Origin: an uncultured Actinomycetes bacterium
Lineage (GTDB): Bacteria; Actinomycetota; Actinomycetes; Streptosporangiales; Streptosporangiaceae
Length of the DNA: 64,000 nucleotides
NCBI GenBank assembly: GCA_963795785.1
Contig: CAWCKG010000018.1
Span: 49,772-113,771 of the forward strand
Direction of reading: 5' to 3'
A model generated the notes under the pieces. The model ran no database searches. It had not been told where the DNA came from and saw only the letters and a list, made by a program, of their open reading frames with translations. A program made the position numbers and the translations under genes. Shown here one piece after another: positions 20,530 through 32,292 of the stretch; the first letter of the stretch is position 1, and every line of letters starts with the position of its first letter.

Positions 20530-20741
20530 CTGACCGGCAGGGTCGGGGCCGGTCAACGCCCGGGCCTCCCCCGAGATGAGGCCCGGTTCTCATCACGACG
20601 ACTGGGCCGCAACCCCCCAAGCGGCACCCAGTCACTTGATAAGACGCCGCTTGGTAAGCGAATGGTTGCTCGGAGTGAAAAATTTTGGTGACTTTCTGTG
20701 GCGCCCGGAGAGCTACGAGAACGGCGGGCCGAAACGGGGCT

Positions 20742-22710
20742 TCAGCGAGCCGGGGCCGCGCGCAGGAAATTGCCCGCCAGCGGCGTGGCCGACACCCGGG
20801 GTGACCCGCTGAGCTCCAGCACGGCGAAGGCAATGTCGCCGCGGTAGCCGACGAACCAGGTCGCCCACTGCTGGTGCCGCCCGCCGGCCTGCAGCGCGGT
20901 CCCGACCTGGCCGTAAACCGGGAGCCCGCGGACGTCCGCGCCACGCGCCGCGCCAGAATGCACGGCGTCGCGCATGAGGTTGCGGAGGCTGGCCAGCGTG
21001 GTCGCGGCGAACGGGGTCTGCCGGGACTCCTGCGCGTCCGGCGGGCGGGTCACCAGCGACGGCTCGTGCCAGGTGCCGGTGGCCACCTGCGCGGCCACGT
21101 CCGCCATCGTGAGCGGGCTCACCTTGACGTTTCCCTGGCCGATGCTGGCGGCGGCAAGCTGGGCGACACCGTTGGAGGACCCGACCGTTCCGGAGAACCC
21201 GGTCAGCGGCAACTGCCACGTTTGGCCGAAGCCGAACCCGGCGGCCGCCTTACCGAGTTCCGCCGGGTTCAGCCGCTGCGACAGGCCGACGAAGGCGGTG
21301 GCGCAGGATTGCGCGAAGTCCCCCGCGAGCGTGGCGTTCATGTCCGGCCTGGCCTTGGCCGGCACGTTGCTGAAGTTATGCCCGCCCACCGTGTTGCCGG
21401 GAGTGCAGGGAGCCGGGGCGGTCAAGGTCACGCCCTTGGCCAGCAGCGCCGCTGTGGAGACGATCGTGAAGGCCGCCCCCGGCGGGTAATGCCCGGCCAG
21501 CGGGTCGATCGCGGGCAGCCCGCGGCGCCTTGCGGTCGGCGACGGCCAGGATGCGCCCGGTGGATGTCTGCAGCGCGACGATCGCCGCCGAGCCCGGCGC
21601 GGCGGCCACGGCGGTCGAGGCCGCCTGCTGGACGCTGGCCTCGATCGTGGTGCTCACGGGGGCGGGGGAACGGCCCGTCCACTTCTTCAGCACCCGTACC
21701 GGGTGCCCGTTGGCCTTCGCGGCGACCACCTCGGTCGTCGGGGTTCCCACCAGGTAGGACTGGTAGCGCGACTGCAGGCCGGACAGCCCGACGGTGGCAC
21801 CGGGGCGGTAGGCGATGCCGGCCTCCCGCAGCGCGGGGGAGGACTCGGCTCCCACCGACCCGACCACGGCCCTGGCGATGCTGTTGAACAGGAGCATCCG
21901 CCGCCTATGGTGGATCAGGCCAGGGACCTTGCCCAGCTGGTGCGCGAGATGGTGATACTCCGCAGGCTGGTAGGTCACCAGTTCGAGGAACCTCCCGGGC
22001 CGGGCCGCGCGGATCCAGCCGAGCACCTCGGTCTGGTCGAGGCCGGTGACCCGGCCGAGAGCGTCAGCGGTCGCCTTCGGGTTCTTCAGCCGGTCCGGAT
22101 GGACGCCGACCACGTATGCGGCAGACGGGACCTGCAGCGGCTTGCCCTCGGCGTCGAGGATCGGCATCCGCGGCAGGGTGGTGGAGATGACCACCAGGCG
22201 CAGCCCCGCGCGCAGGCCGGGGTTGATCACGCTCGGGCTCCAGACGATCTTCCAGGAGGGGCCCACCCGCCGCAGCGTCAAGTTCCCGGTGTACATCCAC
22301 GGCGCCCCGTCCTGGCCCAGGTCCACCGACGCGGTGAAATGGGCCGTCGCGGTGCCGCCCGACTGCCTGATCGTGCCCATGTTCAGGTAGAACGCGGCCG
22401 CGTCGAGCCCGCTGTAGGCGTTGGCCAGGCCGGTAGTCACCGCGGACGCGTTTCCCGTGGTCAGGGCCGCGGCGGCCGCGTAGGAGTGCTGCTGCCAGTC
22501 CAGCAGGAACTGCTGGACGGTCGGCTCGGCCGACGGCGAGGACCACAGGCCGCCGGTGAGCACCATGGTGCCGAAGCCCAGCACCAGCACGGCGACGACC
22601 ACCCGCACGGGCGACAGCCGGGCGCGGAGGCCGCTGGCCCGCGTCGCCGGGGGGCTCGCGGTGTCTGGCGCAGCCGCAGCGTGCGCTCCGCGCCTACGCG
22701 TGGACGCCAT
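20742..22710 (-). CDS. Penicillin-binding-protein-like protein (NTF2-like MecA_N + transpeptidase fold) with degenerate catalytic motifs; one frameshift near 21500
   Basis: Segments lie in ORFs 21376..22710 and 20742..21431. There is an N-terminal TM segment, then PTVQQFLLDWQQHSY (MecA_N-like). The transpeptidase region aligns, but AAFT replaces SxxK, SCA replaces SxN and QVG replaces KTG. Confidence 0.8.
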
Positions 22711-22724
22711 GACCGACTCTCTCG

Positions 22725-23258
22725 TTATCCTCGCCGCCGGTGAGCACGCTGGACCTCCCTGGCAGCGTCGCGCTGGGCCAGGTCCTGACGCTTATCGTAA
22801 GTCCGCTTGCCGCGGGCCAGCGCCAGTTCGACTTTCACCCTCCCGCCCGAGAAGTACAGCGAGAGCGGCACAACGGTGAGGCCACGCTCGGCGATGTTGC
22901 TCGCGAGCTTGTCGATTTCCTTCCTGTGCAGCAGCAGCTTACGGGGCCGCCGGGGCTCATGGTTGGTCCACGTGCCCTGGGCGTATTCGGGAATGTGCAC
23001 GCCGTGGAGCCACATCTCCCCGTCAGAGATCTGCGCGAATCCGTCGGTGAGGGATGCCCGGCCCGCCCGCAGCGATTTCACCTCGGTGCCGGTCAGGACG
23101 AGCCCCGCCTCCACGACATCCTCGATGTGGTAATCGTGCCTCGCCCGGCGGTTGCGGGCAATCACCGTGCGCTCTCTTTCCCGCCCCCGGCGCTCGCGCG
23201 CCCGCCCCCGGCCTGTGGCGCCGGCTGTCGCCGCGGCGAGGCGCCGGCGCGCTTTCAC
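22725..23258 (-). CDS. smpB: SsrA-binding protein SmpB
   Basis: Contains [34 protein letters not shown]...[11 protein letters not shown]. The GTG start (cac 23256-23258) overlaps the ftsX TGA, forming GTGA. Confidence 0.95.
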   Translation of the reverse strand: MKARRRLAAATAGATGRGRARERRGRERERTVIARNRRARHDYHIEDVVEAGLVLTGTEVKSLRAGRASLTDGFAQISDGEMWLHGVHIPEYAQGTWTNHEPRRPRKLLLHRKEIDKLASNIAERGLTVVPLSLYFSGGRVKVELALARGKRTYDKRQDLAQRDAAREVQRAHRRRG

Positions 23259-24165
23259 GCCCGCAGATAGCGCCGCAGCGTGAGGAAGGAGGTGGCTCCG
23301 CACAGGAGCACCCCCATCACCATGGCCAGCACGATGACCTCGACGAGGTCCGCCGCGGACAGCTCAACGTTGTAGGGGAAGTACTGCTGCAGCGAGTCCA
23401 GTCCCAGGATCTTGACCGCGATCAGCAGCCCCGCCGCGATCAGCCAGCCGACCAGCCCGGCGAGGATGCCCTCGACCAGGAACGGGAGCTGCACATAGAA
23501 GTTCGAGGCGCCGACCAGGCGCATGATCGAGGTCTCCCGGCGCCGGTTGAAGGCGGACAGCCGGATCGTGTTGGCCACCAGCAGCACCGCCGCGATGATC
23601 AGGATCACCGCGATGATCACGACCGCGTTCCTGGCCCCGTCCAGGAGCGCGTAGAACTTCGACAGGATCGACGCATCGTCGACCACCTGGTCCACTCCCG
23701 GCCGGCCCTGGACGGTGCCGGCCACGATGCTGTAGTCCGTCTCGGTGTTGACGAGCTTGACCTGGAACGAGTCGGGAATCTCCGACTTGGTGACCAGGCT
23801 GGTGAACTGCGGGTCGCGGGAGAAGTCCTGCTTGAAGTGCAGGTACGCCTGCGCCTGGGACTCGTAGTAGACGTGCTGCACCTGGGGCAGGTGGCGCAGG
23901 TCGAGGCGATCTGGGTCTTCTCCGCCTGGGTGGCGGGACCGTTCTGCCGGCACTGCGGGCTGACGCTCGTCGTGGTGCACAGGTAGATCGAAAGCTGCAC
24001 CTTGCCCTGCCAGTAGGTGCGGGTGTCATCCACCTGCTTCACGAACAGCAGCCCGGTGCCGAGCAGGGACAGGCTGATGGCGACCACGACGACGAGCGCG
24101 ACGGTCATGGTCAGGTTGCGCCGAAGGCCGGTCCAGACCTCCTGGAGGACGAACTGTGCTCGCAT
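23255..24165 (-). CDS. ftsX: Cell-division permease FtsX (one frameshift near 23910)
   Basis: The N-terminus is [32 protein letters not shown] (ORF 23617..24165). The C-terminal part is ORF 23255..23980, containing [25 protein letters not shown]. Confidence 0.9.
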
Positions 24166-24211
24166 ACTTGCTGATCCTTGTGTGTCCGGTCAGTTACGCG
24201 CGGTAAGCCGG

Positions 24212-24901
24212 TCAGTACGCCTGGCCGTACACTCCGCGCGACTGGTCCCGGACCACCTTGCCGTATTCCAGCTCGATGACCCGCTTGCGCATGGAGTCCA
24301 CGATGGCGGCGTCGTGCGTGGCCATGACCACGGTCGTCCCGGTCCGGTTGATCCGGTCGAGAACCTTCATGATGCCGATGGAGGTGGCCGGGTCGATGTT
24401 CCCCGTGGGCTCGTCCGCCAGCAGGATCATCGGGCGGTTGACGAAGGCCCGGGCCACCGCGACCCGCTGCTGTTCCCCGCCGGACAGTTCGTCGGGCATC
24501 CGCTCGTGCTTGCCCTCCAGGCCGACCAGGTCGATCACCTCGGGGACAACCTTGCGGATGAAACGGCGGGGCTTCCCGATCACCTGGAGCGCGAACGCGA
24601 CGTTGCCGTAGACGTTCTTGTTCGGCAGCAGCCGGAAATCCTGGAACACGCAGCCGATGCGGCGGCGCAGGTAGGGCACCTTCCAGCTGGTGAGCCTGGC
24701 CAGGTCCTTGCCGGCCACGTGGATCCGGCCCTCGGAAGGCCGTTCCTCCCGCAGGATCAGCCGCAGAAAGGTGGACTTGCCCGAACCGGAAGGGCCGACC
24801 AGGAAGACGAACTCGCCCTTCTCGACGTCGAGGGTGACGTTCTCCAGCGCCGGGCGGCTCTGGTTCGGGTACGTCTTCGTGACGTTGTCGAAGTGGATCA
24901 C
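24212..24901 (-). CDS. ftsE: Cell-division ABC ATPase FtsE
   Basis: Starts at GTG 24901: [13 protein letters not shown]. Walker A is GPSGSGKST, the signature is LSGGEQQR and Walker B is [10 protein letters not shown]. Confidence 0.95.
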   Translation of the reverse strand: MIHFDNVTKTYPNQSRPALENVTLDVEKGEFVFLVGPSGSGKSTFLRLILREERPSEGRIHVAGKDLARLTSWKVPYLRRRIGCVFQDFRLLPNKNVYGNVAFALQVIGKPRRFIRKVVPEVIDLVGLEGKHERMPDELSGGEQQRVAVARAFVNRPMILLADEPTGNIDPATSIGIMKVLDRINRTGTTVVMATHDAAIVDSMRKRVIELEYGKVVRDQSRGVYGQAY

Positions 24902-25087
24902 AGGCCCATCACACGTACTCGGCAGAAATAAGGACGATGCGGGCCTGGGAACCGGCCGGCCGCTGCTACCTGGCCTTCCCTGGCTCCTGCCCGGTTTGGC
25001 ACTGGACAGTCTAGGGGGGAAACTAGGCTTGAGGCGTGCAACACTGGCTGAAGTGACGCCGAGCACCACCGGCCGAAGGGGACCGCG

Positions 25088-25270
25088 ATGAGTTGCGAAG
25101 ACCTGATCTGCGCGAACTGCGCATCCCCCGTGGTGGAAGCCCGCTGCCCGGCCTGCGCCGCGGCCCGCGCGCACGTGCATCACCACGGCCCGGGGATCAC
25201 CCTGCCGCTGACCGCCGCCGCGCTGATCGCCCTCGTGCTGGCCCTGCTCATCCTGCAGCTGACGCACTGA
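25088..25270 (+). CDS. Small zinc-ribbon / single-TM protein (60 aa)
   Basis: The sequence is [60 protein letters not shown]. It has two CxxC pairs, a His-rich linker and a C-terminal TM helix. Confidence 0.4.
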   Translation: MSCEDLICANCASPVVEARCPACAAARAHVHHHGPGITLPLTAAALIALVLALLILQLTH

Positions 25271-25283
25271 CCCGGCGCACCGG

Positions 25284-26444
25284 TCAGGTGCCAGAAACGC
25301 CCGCCTTGTCCGCGGTGCCGCCGGACCCGTCCTGCCCGTCCGCGCCGTGCGTGCGCAGCCAGCGGATCTCCGCCTCGATGAAGTCGTCGATGTCGCCGTC
25401 GAGTACGCCCCCGGTGTTGCCCGTCTCCAGGCCGGTCCTGACGTCCTTGACGTTCTGGTACGGGTGCAGGACGTAGTTCCGGATCTGGGTGCCCCAGCTG
25501 CTGGTGGTCTCGCCGCGCAGGTTGGCCATCTTGGCTTCCTGCTCCTCGCGCTTGCGCTCCAGCAGCTTGGCCTTGAGCACCGCCATGGCCGTGGCCTTGT
25601 TCTGCATCTGGCTGCGCTCGTTCTGGCAGGAGACGACGATCCCGGTCGGCAGGTGGGTGAGCCGCACCGCCGAGTCGGTCGTGTTCACGCCCTGCCCGCC
25701 GGGCCCGCTGGACCGGTAGACATCGACCCGGATCTCGTCCTCGGGGATGTCGATCGCGTCGTCCTGCTCGACCACCGGGATCACGTCCACGCCCGCGAAC
25801 GAGGTCTGGCGGCGGCCCTGGTTGTCGTACTTGGAGATGCGGACCATGCGGTGCGTGCCGTGCTCGCCGCGCAGGGTCCCGTAGGCGTAGGGGGCCTTGA
25901 CCACGAACGTGGTGGACTTGATCCCGGCCTCTTCCGCGAAGGAGGTGTAGTAGATCTCGGTCGGGTACCCGTGGCGCTCGGCCCAGCGCAGGTACATGCG
26001 CTGCAGGTTCTGCGCGAAGTCCGCGGCGTCGGCACCCCCGGCCTGCGCGTTGATCGAGATCAGCGCGTCCCTGGCGTCGTACTCACCGGACAGCAGGGTG
26101 CGGATCTCGAGCTGGTCGATCTCCTTGCGCAGCGCGGCCAGGTCGCGGGTCGCCTCGTGGCGCGTGGGCTCGTCGTTCTCGCCGTCGGCCAGCTCGAACA
26201 TCACCCGGGTGTCGTCCAGGCGCTGGTGCAGCTGGGTGAGCCTGCCCAGCTCACCCTCCAGGTAGGAGAGCCGCCTGGTGACCGCCTGGGCCCGTTCCTG
26301 GTCGCCCCACAGGCCGGGGTCGGCGAACTGTTCCTTGAGCTTGTCCGCTTCGCGCTCCATCGCGCCCGGGTTCAGGACGGCTTCCACGTTGCTGAGCTTG
26401 GACGACAGTTCCGAGAGCTCGGTTGCCGGGTCGGTACCTGTCAT
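25284..26444 (-). CDS. prfB: Peptide chain release factor 2 (with SKY in place of the SPF tripeptide)
   Basis: The GGQ motif is present ([22 protein letters not shown]) and RF2-type domains run throughout. Starts at ATG (cat 26442-26444). The ORF is contiguous, with no early in-frame TGA. Confidence 0.95.
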   Translation of the reverse strand: MTGTDPATELSELSSKLSNVEAVLNPGAMEREADKLKEQFADPGLWGDQERAQAVTRRLSYLEGELGRLTQLHQRLDDTRVMFELADGENDEPTRHEATRDLAALRKEIDQLEIRTLLSGEYDARDALISINAQAGGADAADFAQNLQRMYLRWAERHGYPTEIYYTSFAEEAGIKSTTFVVKAPYAYGTLRGEHGTHRMVRISKYDNQGRRQTSFAGVDVIPVVEQDDAIDIPEDEIRVDVYRSSGPGGQGVNTTDSAVRLTHLPTGIVVSCQNERSQMQNKATAMAVLKAKLLERKREEQEAKMANLRGETTSSWGTQIRNYVLHPYQNVKDVRTGLETGNTGGVLDGDIDDFIEAEIRWLRTHGADGQDGSGGTADKAGVSGT

Positions 26445-26510
26445 GGCGGAAAGCCTACGCGAGGACGCGGAGATTGCCGGACGATCGGTAGCCCGCTGCA
26501 TCCGGAGGCC

Positions 26511-29500
26511 TCAAGAATGTACCGGCGGCGCACCGGACGCCACGAGGCTGCGGACGGCCCGGACCGCCACCGACAACGTCGCCAGCGTGGACCGCTCGGT
26601 CTCCCAGATCTCGGTCAGGGTCTGCGTGGTCCGCCGCACGGCGTCCTCGTTCCGCTTCGCCCACTCGGCCAGCCGTTCGTCCGGGGTGCCCGGGCCGGTG
26701 GCCTTCAGCACCTCGCAGACGAGCGCGGCGTGCGCGGCGTACAGGTCGTCCCGCAGGGCGCCGCGCGCCATGGTGTTCCAGCGGTCGTCCCTGGGCAGCG
26801 CGACGATCTGGTCCCTGAGCCGGGCGATCTGCAGGCGGCCGCCGAGGTTGAAGTAGATGCCCGCGGTCTCGGTCACATCGCTGCCGGTGTCCGCGGCCAC
26901 GTCCACGATGTCGAACGCCGAGTAGGCCGGCACCATCGCGGCCACCTGCGCGGCCAGTTCCCCGGGCACCTCCCGGGCGATGGCCGCCTCCTGGCGCTCG
27001 GTGAAGGTGGCCAGGTCCCGCCCGGTCAGCAGGCTGGGCAGGATCGCGCCGACCGCGCGCACGCCGTCGGCGAAGAAGCCGATGGTGGCCTGGATGTCGA
27101 ACGGCGGCCGCCGGTTCTGCAGCAGCCAGCGGACCGCCCGCTCGGTGAGCTTGCGGCCCTCCAGCAGCAGGCGCGATCTGGGTCGCCACGCTCACCTGGC
27201 CGTCCAGCCCTTCCACCTGTGCCCAGAAGCGCCTCATGCCGTAGACCTCGCGCGCGACCAGCCAGGCCCTGCTGATGTCGGGGACCGACGCGCCGGTCTC
27301 CTCGTTCATCCGGAACAGGAACGTGGTCCCGCCGGTGTTCACCATGTCGTTGACGACGATCGTGGTCACGATCTCCCGGCGCAGCGGGTGGTCGTCCATC
27401 TCGGCGGCGTAGGCGGCCTGCAGCGGCTCGGGGAAGTAGGACGTCAGCACCGACCGCAGGAACTTGTCGTCGGGGACGGCGGAGTCCAGCACCTGCTGGA
27501 CCGCGGAGATCTTCGCCTGGGCCAGCAGGACGGCGAACTCCGGCACGGTCAGCCCCAGCCCCGCGGACCGCCGCTCGGCGATCTCCTTGTCCCCCGGCAG
27601 CGAGTCGAGCCGCCGCCCGATGCGGTGCTCCCGTTCCAGCCGGCGCAGGTAGCGGGAGTGCACATGCAGCATCTGCGCCGCCTGGGCGCCCGCGGCGGCC
27701 AGCGCCCGGTTCTGGTCGTAGTTCTGCCGCAGCACCAGCGTGGCGACCTCGTCGGTCATCGCGTGCAGCAGCTCGCCGCGGGCGGCAGCCGTCAGCTCGC
27801 CGCGGTCCACCTTGGCCTGGAGCAGGATCTTGATGTTGACCTCGTGGTCGGAGGTGTCCACGCCGGCCGAGTTGTCGATGAAGTCGGTGTTGACCAGGCC
27901 GCCCGCCAGCGCGAACTCGATCCGGCCGGCCTGGGTCAGGCCCAGGTTGCCGCCCTCGGCGACCACCTTGGCGCGCAACTGGGCGGCGTCGATGCGGACG
28001 GCGTCGTTGGCCCGGTCCCCGGCGTCGGCGTGGGTCTGGTTGCTCGCCTTGACGTAGGTGCCGATGCCCCCGTTCCAGAGCAGGTCCACCGGGGCCGCCA
28101 GTATCGCCGAGATGAGCTGGTCCGGTGGCATCGCGTGGACCGCCTCGCCGAGCCCGAGCGCCTGGCTGGCCTGCGGGGACACCGGGACCGACTTGGCGGT
28201 GCGGGGCCACACCCCGCCGCCCGCCGAGATCAGCGCGCCGTCGTAGTCCGCCCACGACGAGCGGGGCAGCGCGAACATCCGCTGCCGCTCGGCGAAGCTC
28301 GCCGCGGCGTCCGGGGCCGGGTCGAGGAAGATGTGCCGGTGGTCGAACGCGGCCACCAGCAGGATGTGCTCGGACAGCAGCATGCCGTTGCCGAACACGT
28401 CCCCGGACATGTCCCCGATGCCGGCCACGGTGAACTCCGTGGCCTGCGTGTCCACGCCGAGCGTGGCGAAGTGGAACTTGACCGACTCCCAGGCGCCGCG
28501 GGCGGTGATCGCCATCTTCTTGTGGTCGTAGCCCTCGGACCCGCCGGAGGCGAACGCGTCCCCGAGCCAGTAGCCGTAGGCCTGGGAGATCTCGTTGGCC
28601 GTGTCGGAGAAGGTGGCGGTGCCCTTGTCGGCGGCCACGACCAGGTAGGTGTCGTCACCGTCGTGCCGGACCACGCCCGGCGGCGGCACGACCTTGGCGC
28701 CGTGCAGGTTGTCGGTGATGTCCAGCATGGCGGCGATGAACGTCTTGTAGCAGGCGAGCACCTCGGCCTGGTAGGCCTCGCGGTCGGACGGGTCCGGCAG
28801 GTGCTTGCAGACGAAGCCGCCCTTGGCCCCGGCCGGGACGATGACCGAGTTCTTCACCTCCTGGGCCTTGGCCAGGCCCAGGATCTCGGTGCGGAAGTCC
28901 TCCCGCCGGTCGGACCAGCGCAGCCCGCCGCGGGCCACCGGTGCGAACCGCAGGTGCACGGCCTCCAGCCGCGGCGAGTACACGAACACCTCGAAACGGG
29001 GCCGTGGGTCCGGGAGTTCCGGCACCGCGGCGGCGTCCAGCTTGAGTATCAGGTACGGCGTCTCGCCGATGGCTGCCGAGGGCACCGGGGAGGGCGTATC
29101 GCGAAAATAATTCGTGCGCTGCGTGGCCAGGATCAGTCCGAGGTAGCTGCGCAGGATGCGGTCGTGGTCGAGGATCTCCACCTCGTCGAGCAGGCCGCGG
29201 ATCTCCTCCGCGATGGCCTCGCCCCGCTCGGCCGCGCCCATGGTGCGCGCCGGGTCGAACCGGGACTCGAAGAGCCGGACGAGCAGCCGGGTCACCGGCA
29301 CGTTGAAGGCGAGCACCCGCTCGATGTAGCGCTGGCTGAAGGTGATGCCCGCCTGGCGCAGGTACTTGGCGTAGGCGCGCAGCACCACGACCTGGCGCCA
29401 GGTCAGGTGGGCGTCGAGGACCAGGGCGTTGAAGCCGTCGTCTTCGATCCGGCCCTGCCACAGCGCGGTCAGCGCGTCCTCGAACAGCGCCTTGACCGGC

Positions 29501-31494
29501 CCGGACGGCGCCATCGCCCCCGGGGCGACCGCGGGGAACGCGCCGGTGACCGGCTCGTTCCCGGCCGCGCCGACGCCGGTGCGGCGCAGCCCGAAGTCGT
29601 AGATCCAGAACGGCTGCGCCAGCGGCCCGGTGAACTCGTAGGGGTGCTCGTCGACCACGTCCACGCCCATGTGCTGCAACCGCGGCAGCACGTCGGTGAG
29701 CGTGATGGGCGTGCCGACCCGGTAGATGGTGAGCCGCCACACGCCGTGCCTGTCGCCGGCCGTGGGCTGGCCGCCCACGTACCCTTCGGCCTCCCACAGG
29801 TCGAACGCGCTGGTCTCGCCGGAGGCCAGCAGGCTCTGCATCCGGATCAGGTCGTTCACCGCGTACGGGGCGGGCACGTCGGTCTTGTAGGTCTGCGGGA
29901 TGGCGCCCGCGAACGGGGCGAGCAGCGCGCGCGCCGGGGCGTCGCCCAGCTTGCGCGCGGCCTCGGCGGCGAGGTCCTCGTCCCACGACCGCGCCGCGGC
30001 GACGATCTTGGCCTCCAGGGCGGCGGTGTCCACGTCGGCCAGCGCGGTGCCCGGCTTGGCCCGCACCACCACCAGCAGCCGGGCCAGCGGCGACTCGCCG
30101 ACCGTGGCGCTGTACTCGACGGTCTCCCCGTGCAGCGCTTCGCGCAGGATCTCCTGGGTGCGCAGCCGGACCGCCGTGGTGTACCGGTCCCTGGGCAGGT
30201 ACACCACGCTGGACATGAACCGGCCGTAGACGTCCTTGCGCAGGAACAGCCGGGTCCGCGGGTGGGAGCGCAGGTGCAGCACCCCGAGGGCGATCGGGGT
30301 CAGCTCGTCCGCCGAGATCTGGAACAGCTCCTCGCGCGGGTAGGCCTCCAGGATCTCGGTCAGGTCCTTGCCGTCGTGGCTGTCCGGCGCCGCGCCGCTG
30401 CGCTCCAGGACCTCGGCCAGCTTGCGGCGCAGCACCGGGATCCGGGCGATGCTCTCGTGGTAGGCGTCGTGGGTGTACAGGCCGAGGAAGCGGTATTCGC
30501 CGACCGGCTCGCCGGACTCGTTGACCCGCTTGATCGCGATGTAGTCGAGGTAGCTGGGCCGGTGCACGGTGGAGCGGGAGTTTGCCTTGGTGAGGATGAG
30601 GCGCTGCGGGTCCTTGGCCCGGGCCCGCACCTCGGGCGGGAGCGCCGCGAACGAGGACGACCCGCGCTTGTCGTGCCGCAGGATGCCGAGGCCGGTGCCG
30701 GGGACCGGCACCAGCGCCATGCCCTGCTCCCCCTCCACCAGGTCGTACTCGCGGTAGCCGAGGAACGTGAAGTGGTTGTCGGCGAGCCAGCGCAGCAGCG
30801 CCTGGGTCTCGGCGGGCGGCTTGGGCCCCTCGGTCTCCAGCCGGTCGGTGAGCCGCAGCGCCGCCTCGGCCATCTTCGGGTAGTCCTCCACCGAGACCCG
30901 GACGTCCAGCAGGACCCGTTGCAGGTCCTTTTCCAGCTCGGCAAGGGAGACGCCAGAGGAGGTGTCGATCTCGATGTGCGTCCAGGACTCGGCGATCTCG
31001 TCGTGCTCGTGGCGGGCCTCGCGCAGCGCGCCGACCACCTCCCACAGCGTGCCGGTGACGTCCCGGCGGACCAGGAGCTGCGGGTGGATGATCTGGAAGC
31101 TGTCCAGCCCGTGCCGGGTGAGTTCCATCGTGATCGAGTCGACGAGGAACGGCATGTCGTCGGTGACGATGTCGACGGCGCCGCGCGACTCCTCCAGCGC
31201 CGAGCACATGCCCCCGGCGCTCACCTGCACCAGGGCGCGGCCCTGCGGGCGGCTGGCGGCCAGCCGGGCGTGCTCGGTGGCCACCCCGGCCAGCCGGGCC
31301 GGGCCGGCCGCGACGAGTTCCTCGACGGGCATCTGCCGGTAGTAGGCGTCCAGGAAGTGGCGCATGTCGCCGACGCCCGCGCCGCCCGGCTCGGCTGTCC
31401 CCGCCGCCAGGCTGGCGGCCTCGTCCAGCAGGCTGGCGGCCTCGTCGTGCATGCCTGCCGGTGTTTCCGGCATCTCGCTCCCCAATCCGCTCAC
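26511..31494 (-). CDS. gdh: Large NAD-specific glutamate dehydrogenase (about 1600 aa class), one frameshift near 27175
   Basis: ORF 26455..31494 supplies most of the protein and ORF 26511..27062 supplies the true C-terminus. The catalytic core reads VVAADKGTATFSDTANE...GGSEGYDHKKMAITARGAWESV. ATG 31473, after GGGGAG, is an alternative start. Confidence 0.9.
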
Positions 31495-31500
31495 CGCCCG

Positions 31501-32292
31501 CTACAGGTGATCCCGCAGCTCCCAGAGCAGCGGGTAGTAGTGCAGCGGCACCCTCTTTCGCAGGTACGGTGCCCCGGTCGAGCCCCCGGTACCCGATTTC
31601 GTCCCGATCTGCCGTTCCACCATCTGCACGTGCCTGGCCCGCCAGAGCCCGGCCAGCTCGTCGTGGGTGAGCAGGTCGTCCCCGAGCTGCCACAGGTCGT
31701 CGTAGGTGGCCCGGTCCCCCGCCACCGCGCGCAGCGACGCGAGGATCTCCTCCTCGCCGCCCACGGCCAGGCCACGGGCGGAAAGCAGGGACAGGTAAGC
31801 ATCCCAGAGCGAGGGCTCGGCATAGGCGGCGCAACAGGCGGTCGCGCTCGGTGCCGGTCAGGGCGCGGAACCTGGCGAGGAAGGCGCGGTCCTTGAGCCC
31901 GGAGAGAAACTCCAGCTCACGGTACTGCGCCGACTGGAATCCGCTGGCCGGCGCGAGCCCCTCGCGGAACTCAAGAAAGTCCTGCGGCGTCATCGTCTCC
32001 AGGATGTCCACCTGGGTGACCAGCAGCCGCTCGATGGCGTGCACCCGGCGCAGCAGGTGCCTGGCCCGCCAGGTCTCCCCGGCCAGCATCGCGTCCCTGG
32101 CCGCCTCCAGCTCGAAGAGCACCTGGCCGAACCACAGCTCGTACACCTGGTGCACGGTGATGAACAGCAGCTCGTCGTGGGCCGGCGGGCTCGGCCTGCG
32201 GGAACCTGCAGCGCCAGCAGCTCCGGCAGGCGCAGGTAGCCGCCGTAGGTGAGCCGCCCGCCCTCCTCGCCGAAGCTGCGCCCGGTGGTCAT
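31501..32292 (-). CDS. kynA: Tryptophan 2,3-dioxygenase (frameshifts near 31830 and 32195)
   Basis: Recognisable pieces: MTTGRSFGEEGGRLTYGGYLRLPELLALQ, HDELLFITVHQVYELWFGQVLFEL, and a C-terminus RHVQMVERQIGTKSGTGGSTGAPYLR. The start ATG overlaps the upstream stop, forming ATGA at 32289-32292. Confidence 0.85.

Noticed and set aside
26300-26444. A programmed +1 frameshift site (CUU UGA C) in prfB.
   Set aside because: The RF2 ORF is continuous from ATG 26444, with no early in-frame TGA, so the autoregulatory frameshift is not used here.
26980-31896. A 1638-aa ORF on the + strand. Similar giant ORFs occur elsewhere, e.g. 28655..32521 (-), 321..1925 (-), 55039..56142 (-) and 49658..51769 (+).
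   Set aside because: These ORFs are antisense to, or out of frame with, clearly recognisable genes (gdh, kynA, the CrtI-like gene, rhlE, SDR/nagA). Their translations are Arg/Pro/Gly/Ala-rich with no motifs. They are typical shadow ORFs of very GC-rich DNA.
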